Source: Minisyncoccota bacterium (GTDB lineage: Bacteria > Patescibacteriota > Minisyncoccia > JAHIHE01 > JAGLIN01). Taken from it: a stretch of DNA of 64,000 nucleotides. Positions 18,876-27,586 of this stretch are shown one piece after another. The notes beneath the pieces are model-generated. The model searched no databases. It was given only the letters and a program-made list of their open reading frames with translations, and was not told the DNA's origin. The position numbers and the translations under genes are program-made. The DNA is taken from contig JAQVBZ010000001.1 in assembly GCA_028690055.1 (NCBI GenBank), forward strand, positions 20,452 to 84,451. The letters run 5' to 3'. Each line of letters begins with the position of its first letter. The stretch's first letter is position 1.

Positions 18876-19670
18876 ATGAACCGTTCTCGAGTCACTATTA
18901 CTATTCGTACCGATTTGCTGCGCAGTGTCGATGCGCTTATAGATGGTACCAAGATCAAGAATCGGTCGCATGCCATCGAGTCGCTCTTAAGCAAGGATTT
19001 TTCCAACCGCACCATACGCAAGGCGGTGATTCTTTCAGGCGGCAAAGGAATTAAGATTAAAGGACATAAAGAGGAGGTTTCGCGCGTCCTTTCTCCTTAT
19101 CGGGGAAAGTTATTTATCGAACATACCTTCGATTGGTTGCGAGCTCAGGGCATAGAAGAAGTAATTATTTCCGCCAGTGCGCTTTCCTCGGGTATCAAAG
19201 AAGAAATCGGTGACGGCAAGAAATTCGGACTCAGTGTTTCCTACTTGGCCAAGGACGAGGGGACGGCAAGCGTGCTTAAATATCTGGTAAATCTGGTGGA
19301 TGAGACTTTCTTGATGATCAACGGCGATGTCCTTTCGGAGGCGGATTTGGGTGAGATGTTTGAATTTCACAAGAAGTGCGGAGGCGCCTGTACTGTGGGC
19401 ATGATCTCGGTTAAGGAGCCTGCGGCTTATGGTAATATCGTGCTTTCCGGTAATCAGATTGTTGATTTTATTGAGAAGCCCAAAGCAGGCAAAGAGGAAT
19501 CATACCTGGTGAACGCCGGTGTGTATCTGATGGAGCCGGATATTTTTAATCTGGTTTCTCCGCAATGTGTCAGTTTGGAACGGGACCTTTTTCCTACACT
19601 AGCTAAGCGCGGCGTCCTATGCGGGTATTATTTACAGGGGGAGTGGATCAGTCTGGATAGTGCCAGGTAA
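18876..19670 (+). CDS. Ribbon-helix-helix (CopG/NikR-like) domain fused to a sugar-phosphate nucleotidyltransferase
   Basis: Residues 1-45 MNRSRVTITIRTDLLRSVDALIDGTKIKNRSHAIESLL form an RHH. They continue without stop or Met into KAVILSGGKGIKIKG...LFIEHTFDWLRAQGIEEVII (NTP_transferase fold). ATG at 18876; the ORF-track start at 18825 is less likely. Confidence 0.7.
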   Translation: MNRSRVTITIRTDLLRSVDALIDGTKIKNRSHAIESLLSKDFSNRTIRKAVILSGGKGIKIKGHKEEVSRVLSPYRGKLFIEHTFDWLRAQGIEEVIISASALSSGIKEEIGDGKKFGLSVSYLAKDEGTASVLKYLVNLVDETFLMINGDVLSEADLGEMFEFHKKCGGACTVGMISVKEPAAYGNIVLSGNQIVDFIEKPKAGKEESYLVNAGVYLMEPDIFNLVSPQCVSLERDLFPTLAKRGVLCGYYLQGEWISLDSAR

Positions 19671-19942
19671 TAATTTGGCACAGACTGGATTCCCGTCGGA
19701 GTTTATCCTTGTGCAAGCAAGGGGGGGATGACGATATGATACCAAATCAACTTAATCTGTGACATAATGATTTCACTTTTATTCCCCCTTACCCCGACCC
19801 TCTCCCGGCAGGAGAGGGAGAATTCCAAATGCTATATGACTGGACTGTAGAACAGCTTAAGCTAATTTGATATTAGATATTAATACAACGCAGGAAGGGG
19901 TGACAAGTAGTTTCGATATAATTTATTTAATAATTTCAGGAG

Positions 19943-21010
19943 ATGAAATTCCTAATCATGGCGGGAGGTAAAGGCACACGTTTGTGGCCGGTGTCTCGTG
20001 TGGAAAAGCCAAAACAATTCCAGAAACTGGTCAGCGAGCAGACGATGCTGCAGGAAACGGTACAACGTCTTTTGCCGCGGTTTCCTGTGAGTGATATCTA
20101 TGTGGCGACCAATAAGATCTATGCCGAGGAGGTACATTGCGAACTTCCCGAATTGCCAAAAAAAAATATCATTGCGGAGCCGTCTTTTCGGGAAAGGGCC
20201 TCGGCGGTGGCGCTTTCGTGCGCGTTATTGGGGCAAGAGTGGGACGATGATCTCGTAATCCTCCCCTCTGATCATCTCATAGAAGACAAAGAGGCTTTTT
20301 GGCAAGCGCTGGAGGAGGCTGAGAAATTCATATCTCGACACAGCGATGCCTTGCTCACTATCGGTATCAAGCCGACTGGGCCTGAAACCGGCTACGGTTA
20401 TCTCAAGTGCGAGGAAAAGCAGATAAAGTCCGGCAAGCTCGATCTTTACAAGGTGGAAAGTTTTTTTGAAAAGCCGGATATGGACAGCGTGCAAAAATAT
20501 CTGGATAGCGGGTGCCTGTGGAATTCGGGGATATACGTCTGTCGTATTTCTGCTATTATGGAACGTTTTGCCAGGTTCATTCCCGATACTTATCTGAGAC
20601 TCAAGCGTATTCAAAAGGCGGCAGGAACGAGCAAGCTGGAAAAAACTATCGCCAAGGAATATCCGCTGATGGACATGGTATCTTTCGAATACGGTATTTT
20701 GGAAAACGACGACAAAGCGTATGTCATCGCCGCCAATTTTATCTGGAGTGACGTCGGCAGCTGGTCGGCGCTCAAGGATTCTCTCCTGTCCGGCAACAGC
20801 AATAACTTGATTAAGGGCGAACATCTGGACATCGGCTCGAAGAATATTATGGTTTACGGCTCGAAAAAACTGATTGCCACTGTCGGATTGAAGGACATTG
20901 TTATCGTGGATACGGAGGATGCTATACTGGTCTGTGATAAGAAAAACACACAGTTGGTGCGTGACTTGGTGGGCAAATTGGAAAAAGAGAAGAAGATAAA
21001 GCTTCTGTAG
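19943..21010 (+). CDS. Mannose-1-phosphate guanylyltransferase-like nucleotidyltransferase (no cupin domain)
   Basis: MKFLIMAGGKGTRLWPVSRVEKPKQF...GIKPTGPETGYGYLKC...GCLWNSGIYV is ManC-like. Confidence 0.75.
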   Translation: MKFLIMAGGKGTRLWPVSRVEKPKQFQKLVSEQTMLQETVQRLLPRFPVSDIYVATNKIYAEEVHCELPELPKKNIIAEPSFRERASAVALSCALLGQEWDDDLVILPSDHLIEDKEAFWQALEEAEKFISRHSDALLTIGIKPTGPETGYGYLKCEEKQIKSGKLDLYKVESFFEKPDMDSVQKYLDSGCLWNSGIYVCRISAIMERFARFIPDTYLRLKRIQKAAGTSKLEKTIAKEYPLMDMVSFEYGILENDDKAYVIAANFIWSDVGSWSALKDSLLSGNSNNLIKGEHLDIGSKNIMVYGSKKLIATVGLKDIVIVDTEDAILVCDKKNTQLVRDLVGKLEKEKKIKLL

Positions 21011-21042
21011 ATAAGAATTATTAATCAGTTACATCAAAAATT

Positions 21043-22431
21043 ATGATCGGAATAATACTTTGCGGCGGATCAGGCAAGCGTCTCTGGCCGTTGTCGCGCA
21101 CAAATTTCCCAAAACAATTCCTGAGACTCTATTCCGACAGATCTTTGCTGCAGGAAACTTTTTTGCGCATACAAAAGGTCATGTCGGCGGACCATATTTA
21201 TCTGGTCACTAATCAAGCGAACTATTATAATGTATTCAATCAGATCCGCGAAGTGTATCCGCTGATCAAGAAGGATCAGATTATCATCGAACCGATATCG
21301 CTCAATACCGCACCCGCGATATTGCTGGCGGTGAAATATCTTTCTGACCGGACCAAGATAGACGAGAAAGAGCCTCTGATATTCTTGCCGGCTGATCATT
21401 ATATCGGTCAATCGGAAAAGTTCGCCGAGACAGTAAAGCTGGCGCTGGAAAATGTCGGCGATAATGTGGGCACGCTTGGCATCGCGCCGACCGGGCCGGA
21501 AACGGGATTCGGTTATATTGAAAAAGGAGAGCCGCAAGGAGCTTATCATCTGGTCAAGTCATTCAAAGAAAAGCCTGACCGCGCCACAGCGGAAAAATAT
21601 CTCGAATCGGGACAGTATGTCTGGAATGGCGGCATATATTTTTTTAGTACCGAAACATTCCTCGGAGAAATCAAGAGTCATGCACCGCAGCTTTTCGAGC
21701 ATTTTGAAAAAACATATGAAGAATTTTTGGAAGGATTCGGACAATTGAAGGAGGAACCTATCGATACCGCACTTTCGGAGAAATCCGATAAAGTAATCGT
21801 TTTTGACGGTGATTTTGATTGGAGTGATATCGGATCATTCGATGCACTTGCGGAAATTGCCGAAAAAAACAATCTGCTTGAACCGAAACATATATTTATG
21901 GATTCGAATAATGTGTTTGCTCATTCCGAATCGGACAAGACGATTGCGACTTTGGGTGTCGACGATGTGATTATCATCGAGAGCAACGACGTGGTGTTCG
22001 TGCAGAAACGGGGAGAAAGCGAAGGTGTTAAAAAAGTGGTGGCCTATTTGAAGGAGAATAAACGCAAGGAGGCTGAGCATAATGTTATCGTGTATCGTCC
22101 TTGGGGGAAATATGAAGTACTTATTGATAGCGATAGCCATAAGGTAAAGAAAATAACCGTTTTTCCGGGTGCGTCCCTCAGCTTGCAATCGCACGAACAT
22201 CGCAGCGAGCATTGGGTGGTGGTCAAAGGAACTGCGACGGTCGTTAATGGTGAAAACCTGTTGACTCTCCGTGAAAATGAAAGTACGTATATTCTGGCTA
22301 AATCCCTACATCGGCTTTCCAATTCCGAGAAGGAAAATCTGGAAATCATCGAAGTACAGACCGGGGACTATCTGGGGGAAGACGATATCGTGCGCTACGA
22401 GGATGTTTACGGCAGACAGGACGGAGTATAA
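21043..22431 (+). CDS. Mannose-1-phosphate guanylyltransferase / mannose-6-phosphate isomerase (type II PMI, C-terminal cupin)
   Basis: MIGIILCGGSGKRLWPLSRTNFPKQF, GIAPTGPETGFGYIE, C-terminal cupin PWGKYEVL...SLQSHEHRSEHWVVVKGTATV. Confidence 0.85.
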   Translation: MIGIILCGGSGKRLWPLSRTNFPKQFLRLYSDRSLLQETFLRIQKVMSADHIYLVTNQANYYNVFNQIREVYPLIKKDQIIIEPISLNTAPAILLAVKYLSDRTKIDEKEPLIFLPADHYIGQSEKFAETVKLALENVGDNVGTLGIAPTGPETGFGYIEKGEPQGAYHLVKSFKEKPDRATAEKYLESGQYVWNGGIYFFSTETFLGEIKSHAPQLFEHFEKTYEEFLEGFGQLKEEPIDTALSEKSDKVIVFDGDFDWSDIGSFDALAEIAEKNNLLEPKHIFMDSNNVFAHSESDKTIATLGVDDVIIIESNDVVFVQKRGESEGVKKVVAYLKENKRKEAEHNVIVYRPWGKYEVLIDSDSHKVKKITVFPGASLSLQSHEHRSEHWVVVKGTATVVNGENLLTLRENESTYILAKSLHRLSNSEKENLEIIEVQTGDYLGEDDIVRYEDVYGRQDGV

Positions 22432-22477
22432 TGGTTATTCTATATCAAAAATTTCTTTGCGATGCATTTTATAATTA

Positions 22478-22555
22478 CCCTCTCGAGAGGAGTAGCGCCA
22501 ACATAAGGGTAATGTCGTTGTTGCGCGGGGTGTGTAGGGTCGATCTGTGGCTTAT
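22478..22555 (+). repeat. Family-6 repeat, solo arm
   Basis: About 85% identical to the reverse complement of 11062-11142. Confidence 0.6.
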
Positions 22556-22602
22556 AACTCCAGTAATATTTAGCGATTGCGTTTATAATCTATTTTTCTA
22601 TC

Positions 22603-22756
22603 TGTCATTCCGGAACTTCGTTACTGCGAAATATCCGGAATCCCGAGACTATGCAGGATAAATATTATATTCCAGTTGTATAGTTACGTATTACAGACTT
22701 AGTAACGGGATCCCGGATATCTGCTTTGCAAATTTCGGGATGACAGTCTATACAGA
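22603..22756 (+). repeat. MITE-like family 2, divergent copy (TIR TGTCATTCCG...CGGGATGACA)
   Basis: Shares terminal ~12 nt and internal GGAATCCCG/CGGGATCCC pairing with family 2. Confidence 0.6.
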
Positions 22757-23231
22757 GAATAAAAGTGTGACAAATCTAAGCCAAAAATATATCATAGGAA
22801 GTGCAGATGATTCAGGAAAAATATGGTATTGACACAATCTTATCTTTGCGGTAGTATTAAAAACAAGAAATAAGCTGGTAATAAATCGTATATGGCAAAA
22901 ACGAAATGGGAAAAAATGTTTTGCGCGGCGACGCTATCTTCAAAGACATTTTTTCTTTTTCCGTTTTTCTCATCAAAAAATAACCTCTAAAAGAGGTATT
23001 TTTTTTGATGATTGGTATGATACGGAAAATAAAATTGATAAATCCAACCAAAGAAACAAAAAACCCGAAAAATGTAAAAGGAGGAGAGAACATGGACAAA
23101 GGAGAGCAGAAAGAAGAAAAATTACCCGATAAAAAAGAAAGTGGCCCCTCACCTGAATACAGGAAGAGGGGATTGCCACCTCAAGTCAATCTGTGCTAAA
23201 TGGAATTATTAATCTTTTGAGAGGATTGTTC

Positions 23232-24209
23232 TTAGTTGAGCAATCCCACTTTTTTTATAACTTCCCTCATCGTTTCTTGCGCCTTGATGTCCGCTTTCTC
23301 CGCTCCACGGCGGAGTATGTCTATAACTTGCTCTGGATTTTCCTCCAGTTCCGCCCGCTTTTCTCGAAATATTCGGAAATATTCGGAAATATCTTCCGCG
23401 AGAGCTTTCTTTAGCTCGGAAAATTTGATGCCCTTGTCCTTGAATTGCGCGGTGAAATATTCTTGATTTTTTGCGGAACCGAATTCCTCCAGTAGCGTAG
23501 CATAAAAATCATAAACATCCTCATCGTAAGTGGTAGCGGAAACTGCTTTTTTTATTTTATTTTCGATCACTTCCGGCGAGTCATTGATCGCGATATAAGA
23601 CTTGGGTCCGTGCGACTTGCTCATTTTCTTGCTGGGATCGATCAGACTCATAATTTTCGGAGTGGGAGTGATGACTTCTTTCGGTTCCTCAAAAGTCTGC
23701 CCGAAGCGATTGTTGAAATATCTTGCAATCTTGCGCGTGAGTTCGACATGTTGGAATTGGTCTTGCCCGACCGGAATAGTAGTTGCCTTGTAAATCAAAA
23801 TGTCCGCGGCCATCAAAACTGGGTAATCCAAAAGCCCCATATTTATATTCTGTGTATGTTTTTGTGATTTATCTTTGAATTGGGTCATCCTCTCTAATTC
23901 GGCCAAGGGGGTGACAGTATTGAAAATCCATGCGAGTTCGGTGCAGACCGGCACTTGAGACTGGACATAGATAGTGGACTTTTCCGGATCAAGTCCGGCG
24001 GCGAGGTAATCCAAAGCCAAGTTCATAGTCTGCCTGGCTTTTTCCTTCGGGTCGTAGTCGATGGTCATAGAGTGCAAGTCGGCAATGAAGAAAGTGCATT
24101 CATAACCGTCTTCCTGTAACTTGACGAAATTACGGAGTGCGCCTAGGTAGTTGCCGATATGTAGTTCTCCTGAAGGCTGGATGCCGCTCACGATGATATT
24201 TTTTTTCAT
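23232..24209 (-). CDS. trpS: Tryptophan--tRNA ligase
   Basis: HIGN motif (GELHIGNYLG) and KMSKS (KMSKSHG), 325 aa. Confidence 0.92.
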   Translation of the reverse strand: MKKNIIVSGIQPSGELHIGNYLGALRNFVKLQEDGYECTFFIADLHSMTIDYDPKEKARQTMNLALDYLAAGLDPEKSTIYVQSQVPVCTELAWIFNTVTPLAELERMTQFKDKSQKHTQNINMGLLDYPVLMAADILIYKATTIPVGQDQFQHVELTRKIARYFNNRFGQTFEEPKEVITPTPKIMSLIDPSKKMSKSHGPKSYIAINDSPEVIENKIKKAVSATTYDEDVYDFYATLLEEFGSAKNQEYFTAQFKDKGIKFSELKKALAEDISEYFRIFREKRAELEENPEQVIDILRRGAEKADIKAQETMREVIKKVGLLN

Positions 24210-24481
24210 TTGTTTGTTGGGTTATGTCTTTATAAATTTCTAAAACAAATCAAAGCTTACTGATGTTGTTTCGTCCTATCCCTCTAGTTAATTATAAGAT
24301 ATATGGAAAATTAAGCAATTCGATGTAGAAGTGGAAGATGGCGGACAAGTCTTCTGTCCACCATCGGTTTTTTACTTTTTAAACACCCAAAAGTTTACGC
24401 ACGTACCGTATCTTTTTGTTTTGATTTTTTCTCTTTCTGATAATTTTTCCTATGTTCATATTTCTCAACCTCTCTTTTCGT

Positions 24482-24654
24482 TTAGGCGAATACTTGTTCT
24501 CTGCTGATTTCGAATACCTGTTTTCCGCCCCAGCCTACTATAGCCATCGTCCAAAGCTTGCCGCATTTCTTACAGGTTGTGATAGCTCCTGTTTGAACTT
24601 CAATGGCAGTGCCGCATGTACAGAATTCTTCTACGGATTTTTTTGGTTATTCAT
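24482..24654 (-). pseudogene. Zinc-ribbon mini-protein, paralog A, interrupted by a frameshift in an A7 homopolymer
   Basis: ATG at 24654 reads MNNQKNP then stop. The +1 frame continues KKSVEEFCTCGTAIEVQTGAITTCKKCGKLWTMAIVGWGGKQVFEISREQVFA to a stop at 24482. One extra A in the A7 tract restores a 59-aa ORF, the same length as paralog B. Confidence 0.45.
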
Positions 24655-24829
24655 TTTATGACCTCACTCTCTTTTTTGTTTTTGTAATTTTTTATAAAGT
24701 AAATAACAGCACTCGGGCTGTTATGGTTTTCTTCAATGATTTGTAAGAAAGGCAAAACAGCCTGAAATGTTTTTCAGTTGAGTCGCCAAGTGTGGCAGGT
24801 GTCATTTTGACTTTCTCTTAGCATGGTTT

Positions 24830-25009
24830 TTAAAATTTATTTCCCAGTAGAGGCAGAAGAGTTTTCTTTCCGCAATTCGGACAGATCAACGCTCCTGCTT
24901 TTGTCGGCTCCCTCAATGCTTTATGGCAGTTGCTGCATACGCTACAGTAGACTGCCGTTGTTCCTTGTGAGAAGTGGAATGTTTTGACGGTTATTTTTTG
25001 TTCATTCAT
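24830..25009 (-). CDS. 59-aa zinc-ribbon mini-protein, paralog B (CxxC...CxxC)
   Basis: MNEQKITVKTFHFSQGTTAVYCSVCSNCHKALREPTKAGALICPNCGKKTLLPLLGNKF. RBS AGGAGGA lies 9 nt upstream. Not in the ORF track (<60 aa). Confidence 0.55.
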   Translation of the reverse strand: MNEQKITVKTFHFSQGTTAVYCSVCSNCHKALREPTKAGALICPNCGKKTLLPLLGNKF

Positions 25010-25014
25010 GTCTA

Positions 25015-25160
25015 ATCTTCCTCCTGCTTTTATTTTTGTTTATCACTAAAAAACAGCCCCATCGGGCTGTCGTGGATTTCCTCAAGATATAGCTTCTATA
25101 AGAAAATAGCAAAACAGCCCGACATAGTCTGCCACTTCTTGAAATACATGTTGGTGCTGT
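25015..25160 (-). promoter_or_regulatory. Conserved upstream region of the zinc-ribbon mini-genes (copy B); copy A at 24665-24800
   Basis: Shared hairpin ACAGCCC(N3)GGGCTGT and a downstream block AGCAAAACAGCC.GA. The segments are duplicated together with the ORFs. Confidence 0.45.
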
Positions 25161-25292
25161 TTGTTATTTTCATAAATGTGAATATTATTTCTAATTACAT
25201 TATATACAAAAGATATAATCGGTCAAGAGAGAGTTTTGTTCATGGCAGAAGGCCTGGTTACGACGACCGGACCAACAATCGATAAAAACAAA

Positions 25293-25325
25293 AAACCCGA
25301 CTTTTAAAAATCGGGTTTTTCTATC
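25293..25325. terminator. Rho-independent terminator downstream of RNase J (minus strand; A-run/hairpin/T-run bidirectional)
   Basis: AAACCCGAC ttttaaaaa TCGGGTTT flanked by A- and T-runs. Confidence 0.6.
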
Positions 25326-25335
25326 TATAAAGTTT

Positions 25336-27006
25336 TTACACTTCAATCACTACCGGCAATACCATCGGTCTTCTCTGCGTTTTGTCGAACAGGAATTGTC
25401 CGACTTGGTCACGGATATTGTCTTTGACATAAGCCCAGTTGGCGTCATTCTCCGGCGTTGCAGTCTTGTTGGCAATGTCAATTACGCGCCTCTTGGTTTC
25501 GTTGATCAATTCCGGCGAACCTTTCATATAGATGAATCCGCGCGAGATGATGTCCGGCTGACCTAAGACTTTTCCGGTCTTGCTATCGATGATTACGATG
25601 ATAGTAAACATACCGTCTTCGCTCATCTGCTGTCGGTCGCGCAGTACCACATTGCCCACATCTCCCACGCCGAGTCCGTCCACCATCACATAATTGGATG
25701 GTACTTTCTCTTTCGTGAGTACGGCCGAGTCGGCTGTGAGCTCGATTACTCGTCCGTTACTGGCTACGATGGAATTGCTCAGAGGAACTCCCACCGCTTC
25801 CGCGATTTCCGCGTGCAGCTTCAACATATAATAGTTGCCGTGTACGGGGATGAAGAATTTAGGCTTTATGAGATTTATCATCATCTTTAGATCTTCCACC
25901 TGTCCGTGTCCACCTGCATGGACATCCATCATCTTGTAGTGGACGACATGTGCCTCTTGTCGGTAGAGCTGGTCTTTGAGATTCTGTACAGTCCTTTCAT
26001 TTCCCGGCACTACCGAGGATGAGAAAATCACGGAATCTCCCTTTTTTATGTTGACGAATTTGTGCTCCTTGTTGACGATACGCATCAAAACCGCTTTTTC
26101 TTCACCTTGCGCACCGGTGCACATAAGCGAAACTTGATTATCGGGATAATTCTTGATCTGGTCCGTTTTTATGAGCGTACCTTTCTTGATTTTGAGATAA
26201 CCCAGCTGATGGGCGATTTCTACGTTGTTACGCATACTGTATCCGTCGATTGCAACCTTGCGTCCGTATTTTTCTGACAGGGTAATGATCTGCTGGATAC
26301 GGCTGATCAGCGAGGAGAAAGTGGCCACGATGAGTCGTCCTTCCGCCTTGATGAAGATGTCCTCCAGAACTTTCTGGATTTCGCTCTCACTGATCGAATA
26401 TCCTGGGACTTCCGCATCCGTACTGTCTGACATCAGCGCCAGAATATTTTTGCTTCCGATCTGAGCGATGCGGCCGATATCCGCCGGTTTGTCTGTCACC
26501 GGACTGTGATCGAATTTGAAGTCACCTGTGTGTACCACGATTCCTTCCGGGGTGTGTATTACCAGACCCAATACGCCGGGAATGTTGTGGTTGACGTGGA
26601 AGAATTCTACCTTGAAAGTTCCCAGATTGATCTTGCTGTCGTAATCGACGACATTGATCTTGATGGTGCTGTTGGGGTAGTCTTCCTGTCTCTTCTGGAT
26701 GATGCCGGCGGTAAGTGCCGAGCCGTACATAGGCGGATTTCCCAGCTTGGGCATCAAGTGGGGAATACCTCCGATATGGTCGTAGTGTCCGTGAGTGATA
26801 AATACTCCTTTGATATTTTTTTCTTTACCTTTGAGGTATTCAATGTTGGGGATAATGTAGTCGATTCCCGGCATATCTTCTTCCGGAAATTGCAGTCCCA
26901 TATCAACAATGATGATTTCTTGGCCGTATTCGAACACGGTCATGTTTCTTCCGATCTCCCCCAGTCCTCCCAGGGGAATTATTCGGAGTTTGTTTTTTTG
27001 TAACAT
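25336..27006 (-). CDS. rnj: Ribonuclease J (metallo-beta-lactamase / beta-CASP)
   Basis: HxHxDH motif (ITHGHYDHIGG), beta-CASP motifs, 556 aa. Confidence 0.9.
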   Translation of the reverse strand: MLQKNKLRIIPLGGLGEIGRNMTVFEYGQEIIIVDMGLQFPEEDMPGIDYIIPNIEYLKGKEKNIKGVFITHGHYDHIGGIPHLMPKLGNPPMYGSALTAGIIQKRQEDYPNSTIKINVVDYDSKINLGTFKVEFFHVNHNIPGVLGLVIHTPEGIVVHTGDFKFDHSPVTDKPADIGRIAQIGSKNILALMSDSTDAEVPGYSISESEIQKVLEDIFIKAEGRLIVATFSSLISRIQQIITLSEKYGRKVAIDGYSMRNNVEIAHQLGYLKIKKGTLIKTDQIKNYPDNQVSLMCTGAQGEEKAVLMRIVNKEHKFVNIKKGDSVIFSSSVVPGNERTVQNLKDQLYRQEAHVVHYKMMDVHAGGHGQVEDLKMMINLIKPKFFIPVHGNYYMLKLHAEIAEAVGVPLSNSIVASNGRVIELTADSAVLTKEKVPSNYVMVDGLGVGDVGNVVLRDRQQMSEDGMFTIIVIIDSKTGKVLGQPDIISRGFIYMKGSPELINETKRRVIDIANKTATPENDANWAYVKDNIRDQVGQFLFDKTQRRPMVLPVVIEV

Positions 27007-27219
27007 TCTTTGTTAAGTTAAAATTGTGCCACAGCGGTTTGGTCGATCCGGTGTAATATTTCTCCTTTAAAAAAGAGAAAGACGGATCAGCTCAAAACAA
27101 AACCAGGTCGGCAGACCCATAATCTGCTCATTTGGCGTTTCGAACCGCTTATGGCTCGTTGATAAAATTTAGGCTAAATGATTTAAGAATTCAGTCCTAA
27201 AAAAGTTTTTTAAACTATG

Positions 27220-27301
27220 TACCGATGGTGGGAGTCGAACCCACAAGCCGTGAAGCACACGAACCTGAATCGTGCGTGTCTACCAGTTCCACCACATCGG
27301 C
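27220..27301 (-). tRNA. tRNA-Leu (anticodon CAG), long variable arm, no encoded CCA
   Basis: Acceptor GCCGATG/CATCGGT, D-arm GGAACTGGTAGACAC, anticodon stem CACGA/TCGTG with loop TTCAGGT, T-arm GGGTTCGACTCCC. Confidence 0.85.
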
Positions 27302-27406
27302 TGAAATGACTAATGTCTAACTTATGACGATATACAAGGCTTACCCGGGTATTATAATCGGTTTTTTCCGTTTTGTATAGACCCGGACGTAGTCTATCCC
27401 CCCGAC

Positions 27407-27548
27407 TGTCATTTCGAAATGAGGCGCTACGATTGAGAAATCTGGGGATAGTAGAAAACGCTTATCATTATATTTATAAAAATAATGATATCTGCGCGTC
27501 ATATATTTCCCAGATTCCTCAGGCGAGTACGCCTTTCGGGATGACAAA
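27407..27548 (+). repeat. MITE-like family 2, copy a (~140 bp; TIR TGTCATTCCGAAATGAG ... TTTCGGGATGACA)
   Basis: Terminal and sub-terminal inverted repeats (GATTGAGRAATCTGGG / CCCAGATYCCTCAG). Confidence 0.75.
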
Positions 27549-27586
27549 ATCCCTAGGGTACGAAATAATATAAAAGAAAACCCTTG

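Noticed and set aside
23005-23199. Small K/E-rich ORF; an internal ATG at 23092 has a perfect AGGAGG RBS (35 aa: MDKGEQKEEKLPDKKESGPSPEYRKRGLPPQVNLC)
   Set aside because: It is too short and low-complexity to call. It lies inside a repeat-rich spacer and could be a leader peptide, but there is no support from the sequence alone.
24452-24661. Plus-strand 69-aa ORF
   Set aside because: It is the antisense shadow of the minus-strand zinc-ribbon mini-gene paralog A. The minus strand carries an ATG, the Cys motifs and a duplicated leader.
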